Shown here in pieces: positions 1 through 12,200 of a stretch of DNA of 64,000 bases. The first letter of the stretch is position 1, and the number at the start of each line of letters is the position of its first letter. The notes beneath the pieces were generated by a model. That model worked only from the letters and a program-made list of their open reading frames with translations. It had not been told where the DNA came from and did not search any database. This stretch comes from Anaeramoeba ignava BMAN (taxonomy: Eukaryota; Protista; Anaeramoebae), in the NCBI GenBank assembly GCA_028826165.1, contig JAPDFW010000071.1:381698-445697 (forward strand), given 5' to 3'. Position numbers and translations under genes: made by a program.

Positions 1-825
1 TTATTATTGTTATTATTATTATTGTTATTTTCTTCTATTCCTTGAAAACTTTTTTTTCTTTTCTTTGATTTTGTTTCTTTTTGTTTTTCTTTCTTTTATT
101 TTTTAAAGTAAAATTAATTTAAATATTTATTTAAATATTGATTTAAATATTGATTTAAATATTAATTTAAATATTAATTTAAATATTAATTTAAATATTG
201 ATTTAAATATTTGATTTAAATATTTGGTTTAAATATTGATTTAAATATTGATTTAAATATTGATTTTAAATATTAATTTAAATATTGATTTTAAATATTA
301 ATTTAAATATTGATTTAAATATTAATTTAAAATATTGATTTAAAAATTGATTTAAATATTGATTTTAAAATATTGATTTAAATATTTGATTTAAAATATT
401 GATTTAAAATATTAATTTTTAAATATTATTGATTTAAATATTGATTTAAAATTGATTTAAATTGATTTAAATATTGATTTAAATATTATTTTAAATATTG
501 ATTTAAATATTGATATTTTAAATATTGATTTAAATATTGATTTAAATATTGATTTAAATATTGATTTAAATATTGATTTAAATATTGATTTAAATATTGA
601 TTTAAATATTGATTTAAATATTAAAAATTGATTTAAATATTGATTTAAATATTGATTTAAATATTGGAAATTGATTTTGAAATTTACTTGTAATGCCTTT
701 TCTTGTTTTTCTTTATAAAAATCTTTTCTATTTGTGTTTAAAAGTAAATATTGTTTATCTAAACTTTGAATTTTTGGTAAAGACGTTAAATATTTATTTA
801 ATTCTTGTTTTCTTCTTCTTGACAT
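1..825 (-). CDS. 5' part of an unknown spliced gene (exon 1 825-688, exon 2 92-<1), continuing off the window
   Basis: ATG at 825; a 46-codon exon ends at a GT donor (687). AG acceptor at 93, then in frame KEKQKETKSKKRKKSFQGIEENNNN. The intron is filled with a 12-bp repeat. Confidence 0.55.
93..687. repeat. Intronic ~12-bp minisatellite (ATTGATTTAAAT)n
   Basis: Direct tandem copies across the intron. Confidence 0.9.
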
Positions 826-952
826 TCTTTTTTTTTTTTAAAAATTAAAAATAAAAATAGAAAAATGATTTTTCTTCTTTTTAAATTAAAAAAAGAAAAA
901 AAATTTTTTGTTTTTCATTTTTTTTTTTCATTTTTTTTTTTTCATTTTTAAA

Positions 953-3056
953 ATGGCATCTCGTAAGTTATTTAATATAAAAACAATCCAAAAATAAAAA
1001 CAAAAAAAAAAAAAAATAAAAACAAAAATAAAGCAAAAATTATTTTGAAATCATTTTGAAATTTTTTTGAACATTAATAAAAAAATATAATTCCAAAAAA
1101 AAAATAGCTTATGGAAGAAATTTTGGACAACAAAGAAGAAACGAAGCACCAAATTTACCAACAAGAGGAAGAACAAATTTAAATCAACAAAATAAACCAA
1201 ATTTACCAACAAGAGGAAGAAATACTTCACCAAATCAAAACAAACCAAATTTACCAACAAGAGGAAGAACAAATTTAAATCAACAAAATAAACCAAATTT
1301 ACCAACAAGAGGAAGAAATACTTCACCAAATCAAACAAATAAACCAAATTTACCAACAAGAGGAAGAAATACTTCACCAAATCAAACAAATAAACCTAAT
1401 TTACCAACAAGAGGAAGAAATACTTCACCAAATTTAAATCAAAATAAACCTAATTTACCAACAAGAGGAAGAAATACTTTAAATCAAAATAAACCTAATT
1501 TACAAACAAGAGGAAGAAATACTTCACCAAATCAAACAAACAAACCTAATTTACCAACAAGAGGAAGAAATACTTTAAATCAAACTAAACAAAATTTTCA
1601 AACAAGAGGAAGAAATAATTTAAATAAAAATAAACAAAATTTACAAACAAGAGGAAGAAATACTTCGCCAAATCAAACAAATAAATCTAATTTACCAACA
1701 AGAGAGCAAAGAAAATCACCGACTTCGCAAAGTAACAATCCTTTTGGCGTTCAACTTAAATCAAGATCTCATCAAAGATCTGTTTCTTCAATTCCATATA
1801 AAAATTCAACTGTTTCTCCAAATTCTTCAAAACCAACATTTGGTGGTTTCAATAGATCTAAATCACCCAGACAAGAATCAAAGAAAATAGGTACTTCACC
1901 AAAACCTACATTTGGAGCTTGGAATACAACAACATCTCCTAAAAAAGAAACCAAAATTGATTCTTCACCAAAACCAACATTTGGAGGATGGAATGTTAAA
2001 AAAGAAGAAACAAAAGAAGAAATAAAACCAACATTTGGTGGATGGAATGTTAAACAAGAAGAAACAAAAGAAGAAACAAAACCTACTTTTGGAGCTTGGA
2101 ATGTTAAACAAGAAGAAACAAAAGAAGAAACAAAACCTACTTTTGGAGCTTGGAATACTTCAAAAGAACCAAAAGAAACAAAAAAAGAAATAAAAGTGGA
2201 TTCTTCACCAAAACCAACATTTGGAGGATGGAATGTTAAAAAAGAAGAAATAAAAGAAGAAACAAAACCAACATTTTGGAGGATGGAATGTTAAACAAGA
2301 AGAACCTAAAGAAGAAACAAAACCTACTTTTGGAGGATGGAATGTTAAACAAGAAGAAATAAAAGAAGAAACAAAACCAACTTTTGGAGGATGGAATGTT
2401 AAACAAGAAGAAACAAAAGAAGAAACAAAACCAACATTTGGAGCTTGGAATGTTAAACAAGAAGAAACAAAAGAAGAAACAAAACCAACATTTGGAGGAT
2501 GGAATGTTAAAAAAGAAGAAACTAAAGAAGAAACAAAACCAACATTTGGAGGATGGAATGTTAAAAACAAGAAGAAACAAAAGAAGAAACAAAACCAACA
2601 TTTGGAGCTTGGAATGTTAAACAAGAAGAAACAAAAGAAGAAACAAAACCAACATTTGGTGGATGGAATGTTAAAAAGAAGAAACAAAAGAAGAAACAAA
2701 ACCAACATTTGGAGGATGGAATGTTAAAAGAAGAAACAAAAGAAGAAATAAAACCAACTTTTGGAGGATGGAATGTTAAAAAAGAAGAACCTAAAGAAGA
2801 AGAATATACTGAACAATATACTGAACAATATGATGAACAATATACTGAACAATATACTGAACAATATGATGAACAATATGGTGAACAATATCAAGCTACT
2901 TATGATTATGCTGCTCAAGTAGAAGGAGAATTAAGTTTTTATGCTGGTGATGTTATTACTTTTATTCAAAAATCTGATGAAAATTGGGGTTTTGGTGAAT
3001 GTAATGGTGCTCAAGGTTATTTCCCATTTAATTTTACTCAAAAAATCGATTATTAA
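953..3056 (+). CDS. Repeat-rich protein with C-terminal SH3 domain (exon 1 953-962, exon 2 1108-3056, several 1-nt frameshifts in the repeat array)
   Basis: ATG GCA TCT C|GTAAG...TAG|CT. About 12 KPNLPTRGR-type repeats, about 16 KPTFG(G/A)WNVKQEETKEET repeats and EQY repeats. SH3 motif ATYDYAAQVEGELSFYAGDVI...WGFGECNGAQGYFPFNF. Confidence 0.85.
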
Positions 3057-3244
3057 TTCCTTTTCTTTTAACTTGGAAATTCTTTTTTTTTTATTTTGAC
3101 ATATTTAAATCAAAAAAATTCAAATTCAAAAAAAAATTCAAAAAAAATTCAAATTCAAGATTTGTTATTTTGTTTCATTAAATTGCAAAAGAGATTTAGG
3201 AAAAAGAAATAAATGGAATAATTTTTGAAAAAAAAATTTTTTCT

Positions 3245-4310
3245 AAATTTTGTAAATCAATTTTGAATTAAAAAGTAAATCAATTTGTAAATTAAAAAGT
3301 AAATCATTTTTGAATTAAAAAGTAAATCAATTTGTAAATTAAAAAGTAAATCAATTTGTAAATTAAAAAGTAAATCAATTTTTGAATTAGAAAGTAAATC
3401 AATTTGTAAATTAAAAAGTAAATTAAATTGTAAATTAAAAAGTAAATCAATTTGTAAATTAAAAAGTAAATCAATTTGTAAATTAAAAAGTAAATCAATT
3501 TGTAAATTAAAAAGTAAATCAATTTGTAAATTAAAAAGTAAATCAATTTGTAAATTAAAAAGTAAATCAATTTTGAATTAAAAAGTAAATCAATTTTGAA
3601 TTAAAAAGTAAATCAATTTGTAAATTAAAAAGTAAATCAATTTTGAATTAGAAAGTAAATCAAATTGTAAATTAAAAAGTAAATCATTTTTGAATTAAAA
3701 AGTAAATCAATTTGTAAATTAAAAAGTAAATCAATTTGTAAATTAAAAAGTAAATCAATTTGTAAATTAAAAAGTAAATCAATTTTTGAATTAAAAAGTA
3801 AATCAATTTGTAAATTAAAAAGTAAATCAATTTGTAAATTAAAAAGTAAATCAATTTGTAAATTAAAAAGTAAATCAATTTTTGAATTAGAAAGTAAATC
3901 AATTTGTAAATTAAAAAGTAAATCAATTTGTAAATTAAAAAGTAAATCAATTTGTAAATTAAAAAGTAAATCAATTTGTAAATTAAAAAGTAAATCAATT
4001 TGTAAATTAAAAAGTAAATCAATTTGTAAATTAGAAAGTAAATCAAATTGTAAATTAAAAAGTAAATCATTTTTGAATTAAAAAGTAAATCAATTTGTAA
4101 ATTAAAAAGTAAATCAATTTGTAAATTAGAAAGTAAATCAAATTTTAAATTAAAAAGTAAATCAATTTGTAAATTAAAAAGTAAATCAATTTTTGAATTA
4201 AAAAGTAAATCAAATTGTAAATTAAAAAGTAAATCAATTTGTAAATTAAAAAGTAAATCAATTTGTAAATTAAAAAGTAAATCAAATTGTAAATTAAAAA
4301 GTAAATTAAA
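3245..4310. repeat. 24-bp minisatellite (TAAATTAAAAAGTAAATCAATTTG)n between the convergent 3' ends of the SH3 gene and FCF1
   Basis: About 40 near-identical tandem units. Confidence 0.95.
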
Positions 4311-4419
4311 TTTTTTGAAAAGATTTAAAGTTAGTATAAAAAAAATATTTGAAAATAGAAATAATTTACGAATCAACAAAGAAAAAGAATAGTCTATAGA
4401 AGGAAAAAGGAAGTGGAAA

Positions 4420-6975
4420 CTAAATTGGTAATCTTTCTACTGTATATTTATGGTTTTTTATACCAACAATAGGAACTCCAGGAATTTTACGAATTCTCCT
4501 TTTTAAATCTTTATCAGAAGTTGCAACCATATAACATTTATGTTGAGTAACAAGATTACAAATACAATCATCTGCATATCCATTACAACCACAATGAATT
4601 CTCTTGAATCGTGGATCTTTAGAAACTCGAAGTGCAACTCGAAATTTTGAACCTAATTTCTCAAGTTCTCCTATTACACAATCAGTTACACATGGTATTG
4701 CTAATATTCAAATATTTAATATTTAATATTTAATATTTAATATTTTATATTTAATATTTAATATTTAATATTTATTATTTTATATTTATTATTTTATATT
4801 TATTATTTTATATTTATTATTTATTTAATATTTAATATTTATTTAATATTTAATATTTATTTAATATTTAATATTTAATATTTAATATTTATTATTATTT
4901 AATATTTAATATTTTAATATTTATTATTTAATATTATTTTATTTATTATTTATTATTTAATATTTTTATTTTATTTATTTATTTTTATTTATTATTTATT
5001 ATTTTATTATTATTTATTTTATTATTTATTATTTATTATTTATTATTTAATATTTTATTATTTATTTTAATATTTTAATTTATTTTATTATTTAATTATT
5101 TTATTATTTAATATTTATTATTTTAATATTTAATATTTATTATTTAATATTTAATATTTAATATTTATTTATTATTTTAATATTTATTTTAATATTAATA
5201 TTTAATATTTAATATTTATTATTTTAATATTTTAATATTTTATTTATTATTTTTATTTATTATTTTATTTTTATTTATTTTTAATATTTAATATTTTTAT
5301 TATTTATTATTTATTTTATTTTTATTTTATTTATTATTTATTATATTTAATTTTATTTATTTATTTATATTTTTATTTATTTATTATTTGTTTATTTTTA
5401 TTTATTTTTATTTATTTTTATTTTAATATTTTATTTAATTTTTATTATTTATTATTTAATATTTATTATTTTATATTTAATATTTAATTTATTTAATATT
5501 TAATATTTAATATTTTTATTTATTATTTATTTATTATTTAATTTTAATATTTTTATTTAATATTTTATTTATTATTTAATTATTATTTTATTTATTTTAA
5601 TTATTTAATATTTATTATTTAATATTTATTATTTAATATTTAATATTTAATATTTAATATTTATTTAATATTTTATTTTATTTAATATTTTAATTTTATT
5701 ATTTAATATTTAATATTTATTATTTATTATTTTATATTTTATTATTTTGTTTTTTATTTAATATTTAATATTTATTTAATATTTAATATTTATTTAATAT
5801 TTATTTAATATTTAATATTTAATATTTATTATTTTTTATTTATTATTTAATATTTAATATTTAATATTTATTATTTAATATTTAATATTTAATATTTAAT
5901 ATTTATTATTTATTTTAATATTTTTATTTTGTTTTTAATATTTTTATTTATTTTTATTTTTATTATTTATTAATATTTAATATTTATTTTTATTATTTTT
6001 ATTATTATTTAATATTTAATATTTAATATTTAATATTATTTAATATTTAATTAATATTTAATATTTAATATTTATTATTTAATATTTATTATTTATTTAA
6101 TATTTATTATTTTTATATTTAATATTTAATATTTATTATTTATTATTTATTATTTATTATTTTATTTATTTATTTTAATATTTAATATTTAATATTTATT
6201 ATTTATTTAATATTTTTTATTTATTTAATATTTAATATTTATTTAATATTTAATATTTAATATTTATTATTTAATATTTATTAATTAATATTTAATATTA
6301 ATTATTTATTATTTAATATTTATTATTTATTATTTAATATTTAATATTTAATTATTTATTATTTAATATTTATTATTTAATATTTAATATTTAATATTTA
6401 ATATTTATTATTTAATATTTAATATTTAATATTTATTATTTTATATTTATTATTTTATTCACCTTTGGCTAAAAGAAGATCATAAAAAGATTGAACAATA
6501 TCAAGTTTATTTTGAATAGAAAAATTTATAAAATTTGTATCTAATATAACTTGATATGGAGGACCTAAGGATGTATTATATTGCAAAAACATACTTGATG
6601 AAGTCTTTGAACTTTAATTCAAATTATATATTTTATATTTACATTCAAAAAAAAAAGAATAAAAATTAAATATTAAATATTAAAAATCATTAATTTGATA
6701 TTTTTTATAAAGATTATAAATTGTTAGAAAGAAAAGAGATCTTGAATGGATCATTAAACTTACATCCGTCTAAGTGACTCTTTTGTTTTTTTTGTCTTTT
6801 TGATCCTTGGATTGTTTGGAATTCGTTGATCTTTTGGCTTCAGCATTCTTTTCACTTTTGCAAATTTTTGAGTTTTTCGAAGTTTTCCCTTTAAATAATT
6901 AATAAATAAAATTATCCGAAATTATGTGTATATTAAATTTTATAACGGAAAGTTTGAAAAAAAAAAATTTACCAT
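4420..6975 (-). CDS. FCF1: rRNA-processing PIN nuclease FCF1/Utp24 (exons 6975-6973 [ATG only], 6888-6764, 6611-6463, 4700-4420)
   Basis: Spliced translation [17 protein letters not shown]...[31 protein letters not shown]...[16 protein letters not shown]...YADDCI...[20 protein letters not shown]. All introns are GT-AG and in phase. Confidence 0.96.
4701..6462. repeat. 1.76-kb FCF1 intron 3 made of degenerate (ATTTAAT/ATTTATT)n, almost devoid of G and C
   Basis: Only a handful of G/C bases between the splice sites. Confidence 0.92.
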
Positions 6976-7050
6976 TTAAAAAAAAAATGAAAAAAAAAAT
7001 GAAAAAATAAAAAATCAAAAAAATTTTTTTTCATTTTTTTTTTTTTCAAA
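6976..7050. promoter_or_regulatory. 75-bp bidirectional promoter between FCF1 and the ankyrin-BTB gene, with mirrored TCATTTT elements
   Basis: Divergent ATGs at 6975(-) and 7051(+). Two AAAATGA copies face FCF1, and TCATTTTT at 7031 faces the ankyrin gene. Confidence 0.65.
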
Positions 7051-9111
7051 ATGAATTCTTATTTAGCTGAATTTCAAAAAGGAGATTTTTCTCATATTGA
7101 GTTACTTCAAGAAGTTGATGTGAATAATCAAGATGTAATTAATTTTTATATTATTTTATATTATTTTATATATATATTAATTATTTTTTATTAGAAAGTA
7201 AAATTTCCGTTTTATTTTTTGTTTATAATTAAATTTGTTTTTAATTTAATTAAATAACAATTTAATTAGGATGTAAATTATTTTCTTTTTTTTAATAATA
7301 ATAATATTAATATATTTTTAATAATATTAATATGTTTTTTTTTAGTTAAGAACCCCACTTTGGTGGGCTTGTTTTTATCGAGTTCCTCTTGAAATTTTAA
7401 ATACTTTACTTCAAAAATCAGCAAATGTTAATATTTCTGATGTAATTATTGATTTTAATTGAATTTTTCTACATTTTTCTGAAAAAAAAAATAAAATATT
7501 AAATATTTGAATTAAAATCAAAATAATATCAGTTTGTAAATTCAAAACAAAAAAAAATAATTTTATTTAAGAATTTTTGGAAAGTTTTTAATAGAAAAAG
7601 AAAAAAATATTTATTATTTAGAAAGTAAAAATTTTTTCTTTTTAATTTTGCATTTAATATTTTAAATTGCAATTTTTTCTTTTTTAAGGGATTTACTCCA
7701 TTGTATAATTTATGCGAAAAAGGTGTTGATCCTGAGCTTCTTAGATCACTTCTTGCATTTGGAGCAGATGTAAATATTCAAAATGTATTAATTTAAATTT
7801 CCAATTAAAAAACAATAAACAAAAATATTTAAAAAGCAAAAAAAAAAAAATTGATTAATATAAAATATTCATTTAAAATCCATAGTATGTAATTAATATT
7901 CATTTTCAATTAATTTTTGGAGAGTTTAGATTAAATGATATTAAAACATAATTTTGGATTATTCCTTCTTATTTTCATTATTTAGTATGTAAATATTTTA
8001 TTGAAAATTTTATAAATCAAAAAAAAATTTTATTTAAGTAAATATTTATTTATGATATAAAAGAATGATACACCTTTGCATAAAGCTTGTGAATGTGATG
8101 TTGGAAGACAAAATATTATGATGCTTTTAACAGCAGGAGCTGATGTTCATGTTAAAAATGTAATAAAGAAAAAATTTTATTTAATAATAAAGTGTATTTT
8201 AATTTGAAAAAAAAATCAATAAATAATTGATGAATTTTTAGCAAGTAAATTAAAATATTTATTTCCGAAAAAAATTGGAGTATCTTTAATTTAATTTATT
8301 TATTTAAATTTTAAATTTTTTTTTTAATCTAAAGGGAGTAAAAATATAAATAAATAATAAATTAAATTAAATTAAATTAAATTAAATTAAATTAAATTAA
8401 ATAATAAATAAATAAAAGGGTTCAACACCAATAGATTTGGCAAGAACTCCAGAATTAAAAGAATTACTTCAATTCAGAACAAATATTATGGATGAAATGA
8501 CTCAATTATATAAAAGAGGAGAAAGATGTGATTTTGAAATTACAACAATGGATGGAAAAACAATACAATCACATGAAACAATATTATCAGCAAGATTAGG
8601 ACCAAATTTTCGACTTTTATCATCAATCTCAAAAAACAAAAAAAATGAAGAAATGGAATCATTTTTTCGATGGATTTATGGAGGAATTATAAGCGGAGCA
8701 AAGAAAAAAACTGAAGATCTTGCATCAGTTTTTGGAATCCAAAATATAACTGAAAAATCTGGGATTAACGGATTATTAAAGGATTTAAGAAAGCTTTATT
8801 TGGATGAAGATTCAAAAGATTTTACTATTATTATTGGAGATGAAAATATTCGTGTTCATTCCGTTATTTTGATGATGAGAAGTGAACTTTATCGAGGAAT
8901 GTTTGTTAGTGTTAAAGATGATTCTCATCGTGTTACTGATTATTCAGGAAGATCTCCTGAAGCTTTGAGAACTTTGATTAAATATTTTTATTTGGATGAA
9001 CTTGATCCAGATCTTTCTGATTCTATTATTGAAGAATTACAAGAAGCTCATGATTATTATCAATTAAATGAGAATTCTGTTTTACAACGTTTATTGAAAT
9101 TACGAAAATAA
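7051..9111 (+). CDS. Ankyrin-repeat + tandem BTB/POZ protein (~362 aa; putative CUL3 adaptor). 13 exons: 7051-7134, 7195-7197, 7270-7272, 7346-7441, 7533-7535, 7622-7624, 7689-7784, 7886-7888, 7986-7988, 8064-8159, 8242-8244, 8335-8337, 8419-9111
   Basis: Spliced: ..EVDVNNQD|K|D|LRTPLWWACF..SANVNISD|F|K|GFTPLYNLC..GADVNIQN|Y|Y|NDTPLHKAC..GADVHVKN|Q|G|GSTPIDLA.. Then BTB motifs CDFEI..HETILSAR and KDFTIII..VHSVILMMRSELYRGMF. All 12 introns are GT-AG, phase 0, 60-101 nt. Confidence 0.92.
7195..7272 (+). other. Microexon pair 1: AAA (7195-7197, Lys) and GAT (7270-7272, Asp)
   Basis: ttag|AAA|gtaaaa and ttag|GAT|gtaaat. Confidence 0.85.
7533..7624 (+). other. Microexon pair 2: TTT (7533-7535, Phe) and AAA (7622-7624, Lys)
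   Basis: tcag|TTT|gtaaat and ttag|AAA|gtaaaa. Confidence 0.85.
7886..7988 (+). other. Microexon pair 3: TAT (7886-7888, Tyr) and TAT (7986-7988, Tyr)
   Basis: atag|TAT|gtaatt and ttag|TAT|gtaaat. Confidence 0.85.
8242..8337 (+). other. Microexon pair 4: CAA (8242-8244, Gln) and GGA (8335-8337, Gly)
   Basis: ttag|CAA|gtaaat and aaag|GGA|gtaaaa. Confidence 0.85.
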
Positions 9112-9255
9112 AGAATTTCAAAATTAAATTTTGAAAATTAAAAATGGTTTTTTTTTAAACGGAATTTTGATTTGAATTTATTAAGATTGTTTTTTAAATT
9201 TTTTAAATTTTTAAATTTTTTTCTAAATTTGGATCTTAAAAAATTTTTAAAGAAA

Positions 9256-12200
9256 TTAATTGATTGATTGATTGATTAATTGATTGAAAATTAATTTTTC
9301 TTTCTTTTCTTCATTCATTGAATTTTCAGTCTTTTCTTCATTCATTGAATGAATTCTTCGATAGAAAACCAAATAAGCAGCGGAAGTCTTTGCAGCATCA
9401 GGACCAGAAATAGAAGAGACAGAACTATCATCATAACAGAACCATTTACCAGTAGTGGAGTTCTTAGCATAAGCAGTATAATGACCACCACCGTAACCGC
9501 CATAGTGATTAGAAACAGCATAAAGTTCATATTTTGTTTGAGTTTCACCAATTTCTTGAGGAATATAAGGTTCAAGATCCAAAACCGTTGGAAAATCAAC
9601 GTATTTATCAATTTTGGATCGACTCCATAAACCATAAGAAAATCTCTTAAAATGCCCAATAAAAACCTCAGGAAGTCGCCATAGATCAAATTTCTTGTTT
9701 GCTTCCACATGCTTTTTACAATGGGGACAATACCACATGTCGCTTTTTCCAAGTTGTTCTTCTGAAAGATAATTATCAATAAGATGATATATGTTCAAAT
9801 TTGTTAAAACTTGTTCTTTTTCAGTGAATTTGTTCTCTGATTTTAGGAAATTGCTTTCGTCCATGATTTTATCAAAAAACAAATTGGGATTCCATCGAAG
9901 TGTAAATGAGATTCCGGATGTTATTTTTATGTCTTCGTCTTCTGAATATGTTGTTACTCTACTTGAAGCGATTCTGATGATTCTGAAAAACGGTGTGTAA
10001 GTGTATCTTTCAACTCCAAATATCTTCAATGCTTTTTCTTTTACTTTTTTCTTTTGTTCTTTTGTATCGAGCATTCTTGTCGAGGAGAAATAGCTGTCGT
10101 AACCAGTTTTCTTTTCTTCTTTTTCGTCTTCTTCCTTTTTGTCTTCTTCCTTCATCCCGTTTTTTTCTTCGAGTTTTTTCTGGTTCATTTCGTCTTGTTT
10201 TTTCTTAATTTCTTCGATAGGAATAAATTGTTTTAATCTTTCCAAAAATATTTCCTCAAGTTCTTTGTAATTGATTGATTTTATTGGCAATGCAATAACA
10301 AAAGGGTATCCAATAAGTTCGTCTTCAACATCATATTGATAATACCCAGTTTTTTTAAGCATACTATTAAAGAATTGGATGTTGAGAAATTGGATTTGTT
10401 TTTCATTTTCATCCTTTTTTTCATCTTGTTTTTCATTTTCATCCTTTTTTTCATTTTCATCTTCATCCTTTTTTTCTTTTTCATTTTCATCCTTTTTTTC
10501 ATCTTGTTCTTGTTCTTTTTCTTTTTCTTTTTCTTTTTCTTTTTCTTTTTCAGCTTTTTTTTTATGATCCTCTAATTCATATGCCACAAGTGTATCGTTT
10601 TTTTGAATATCAGAAATATCTTTGTCTTTAATTGTTTTATAAATCTTATTTTTATAAACTTCTGTTAAAGCAAGAAATTTTTCAGAAATTCCGGAAACTT
10701 CAGACAATTTTGAAAGAATATCACTTAAAGATCCATGTTTTCTACATTCTAGTAAGTAATTTTCTGGGAGTTTATTTGGATCTACAAATCGAACTTGGAT
10801 TTTGTATCTTGAAATATTTGATGATGGGAATGGAAGGGAATAATACATTATTGGATCAAATATAGTTGATATTTTTTTGCAGTCAGGACAGATCAATCTA
10901 CTTTTAATTTGTCCTTGAAAGAAATCGACAATAACAGAATCATTTCTTTTTTTGTAAACTTCCCAAGATTCATCAGCAACCTTAATTTTAATTTTGATTT
11001 TAAATTTTAATTTTAATTTTAATTTTAATTTTAATTTTAATTTTGATTTTAATTTTGATTTTGATTTTAATTTTAAATATTTAAATTTTAATTTTAATTT
11101 TGATTTTTAATTTTAATTTTAATTTTAATTTTATTTTAATTTTAATTTTAATTTTAATTTAAATTTAATTTTAATTTAAATTTTGATTTTGATTTTAATT
11201 TTGATTTTGATTTTAATTTTGATTTTAATTTTAATTTTAATTTTAATTTTAATTTTAATTTTGATTTTAATTTTAATTTTGATTTTAATTTTATTTTTAA
11301 TTCTAAATTTTAATTTTAATTTTGATTTTTTACTTCTTTGTGTGGTCTTCCATCTCCTTCAACTGGTTTTGTTATTGGTTTATCTTTAACTCGATTTAAA
11401 TCTTCGTGAAGTCCATCAAGCATAAATGCTAAAAATTCTTGTGAATCATGTTGTGAATATCCCATAAATTGATGAGCAAATTGTCCAACAACATGTTTTA
11501 AATCACTTGGTGAAACACTACTATATTTTCCTGACCAAACCTTTTAATTTTTAAATTTTAATTTTAATTTTAATAAATGAATTTTAATTTTAATTTTAAA
11601 TTTTAATTTTTAATTTTAATAAATGAATTTTAATTTTAATTTTAATAAATGAATTTTAATTTTAATTTTAATTTTAATAAATGAATTTTAATTTTAATTT
11701 TAATTTTAATTTTAATTTTAATTTTAATAAATGAATTTTTAATTTTAATTTTTAAATTTTAATTTTAATTTTAATAAATGAATTTTAATTTTATAAATTA
11801 TTTTTAATTTTAATTTTTAAATTTTAATTTTAATTTTAATTTTCTACTTCATGAACTAAATTTCCAAATTCAGTTGCAAGTCGACCTTTCATTCCAATTG
11901 GATTTGTATAATTAATTTCATTACGATATTTTCCAGATATAAAATAATCCTTAAGAACTGTAGAGTTCAATAAACATTGCAATCCACTATTCATGAAGCA
12001 AGTATTACCTAAATTTTGCAAACCAGTCAAACCTTTTGCTTCAGCTTTTCTTGAATACCGATTAGTAAAATAACTTGAAAAACCTGACCTGTTAATGATT
12101 AAAAACAAAGAAAAAGAATATTTTGTTTTAAAAAAAAAATTTTTATAGATAAGATCAAAATAAATCATAGATTTACATCATAGAAGTTCTTGGAGCAGTT

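Noticed and set aside
1-825. Assigning the partial first gene to RNase P/MRP subunit POP4
   Set aside because: Only a vague N-terminal resemblance; the conserved domain is not in the window
1051-2918. Minus-strand hydrophobic repeat ORFs
   Set aside because: Antisense shadows of the SH3 gene's coding repeats
3304-4379. ORF-track proteins such as LIYFLIYK, ILILIL, FDFDFD and KIKIKI (also at 11183, 14924-16116, 18148-19273, 32651, 37717, 42054, 45410, 62981)
   Set aside because: Stop-free translations of non-coding micro/minisatellites, or alternative frames of QN tracts
8186-8196. AAAG|T|GTATT as a 1-nt microexon in ankyrin intron 10
   Set aside because: It would break the frame, leave a ~33-nt upstream intron and not fit the ankyrin consensus
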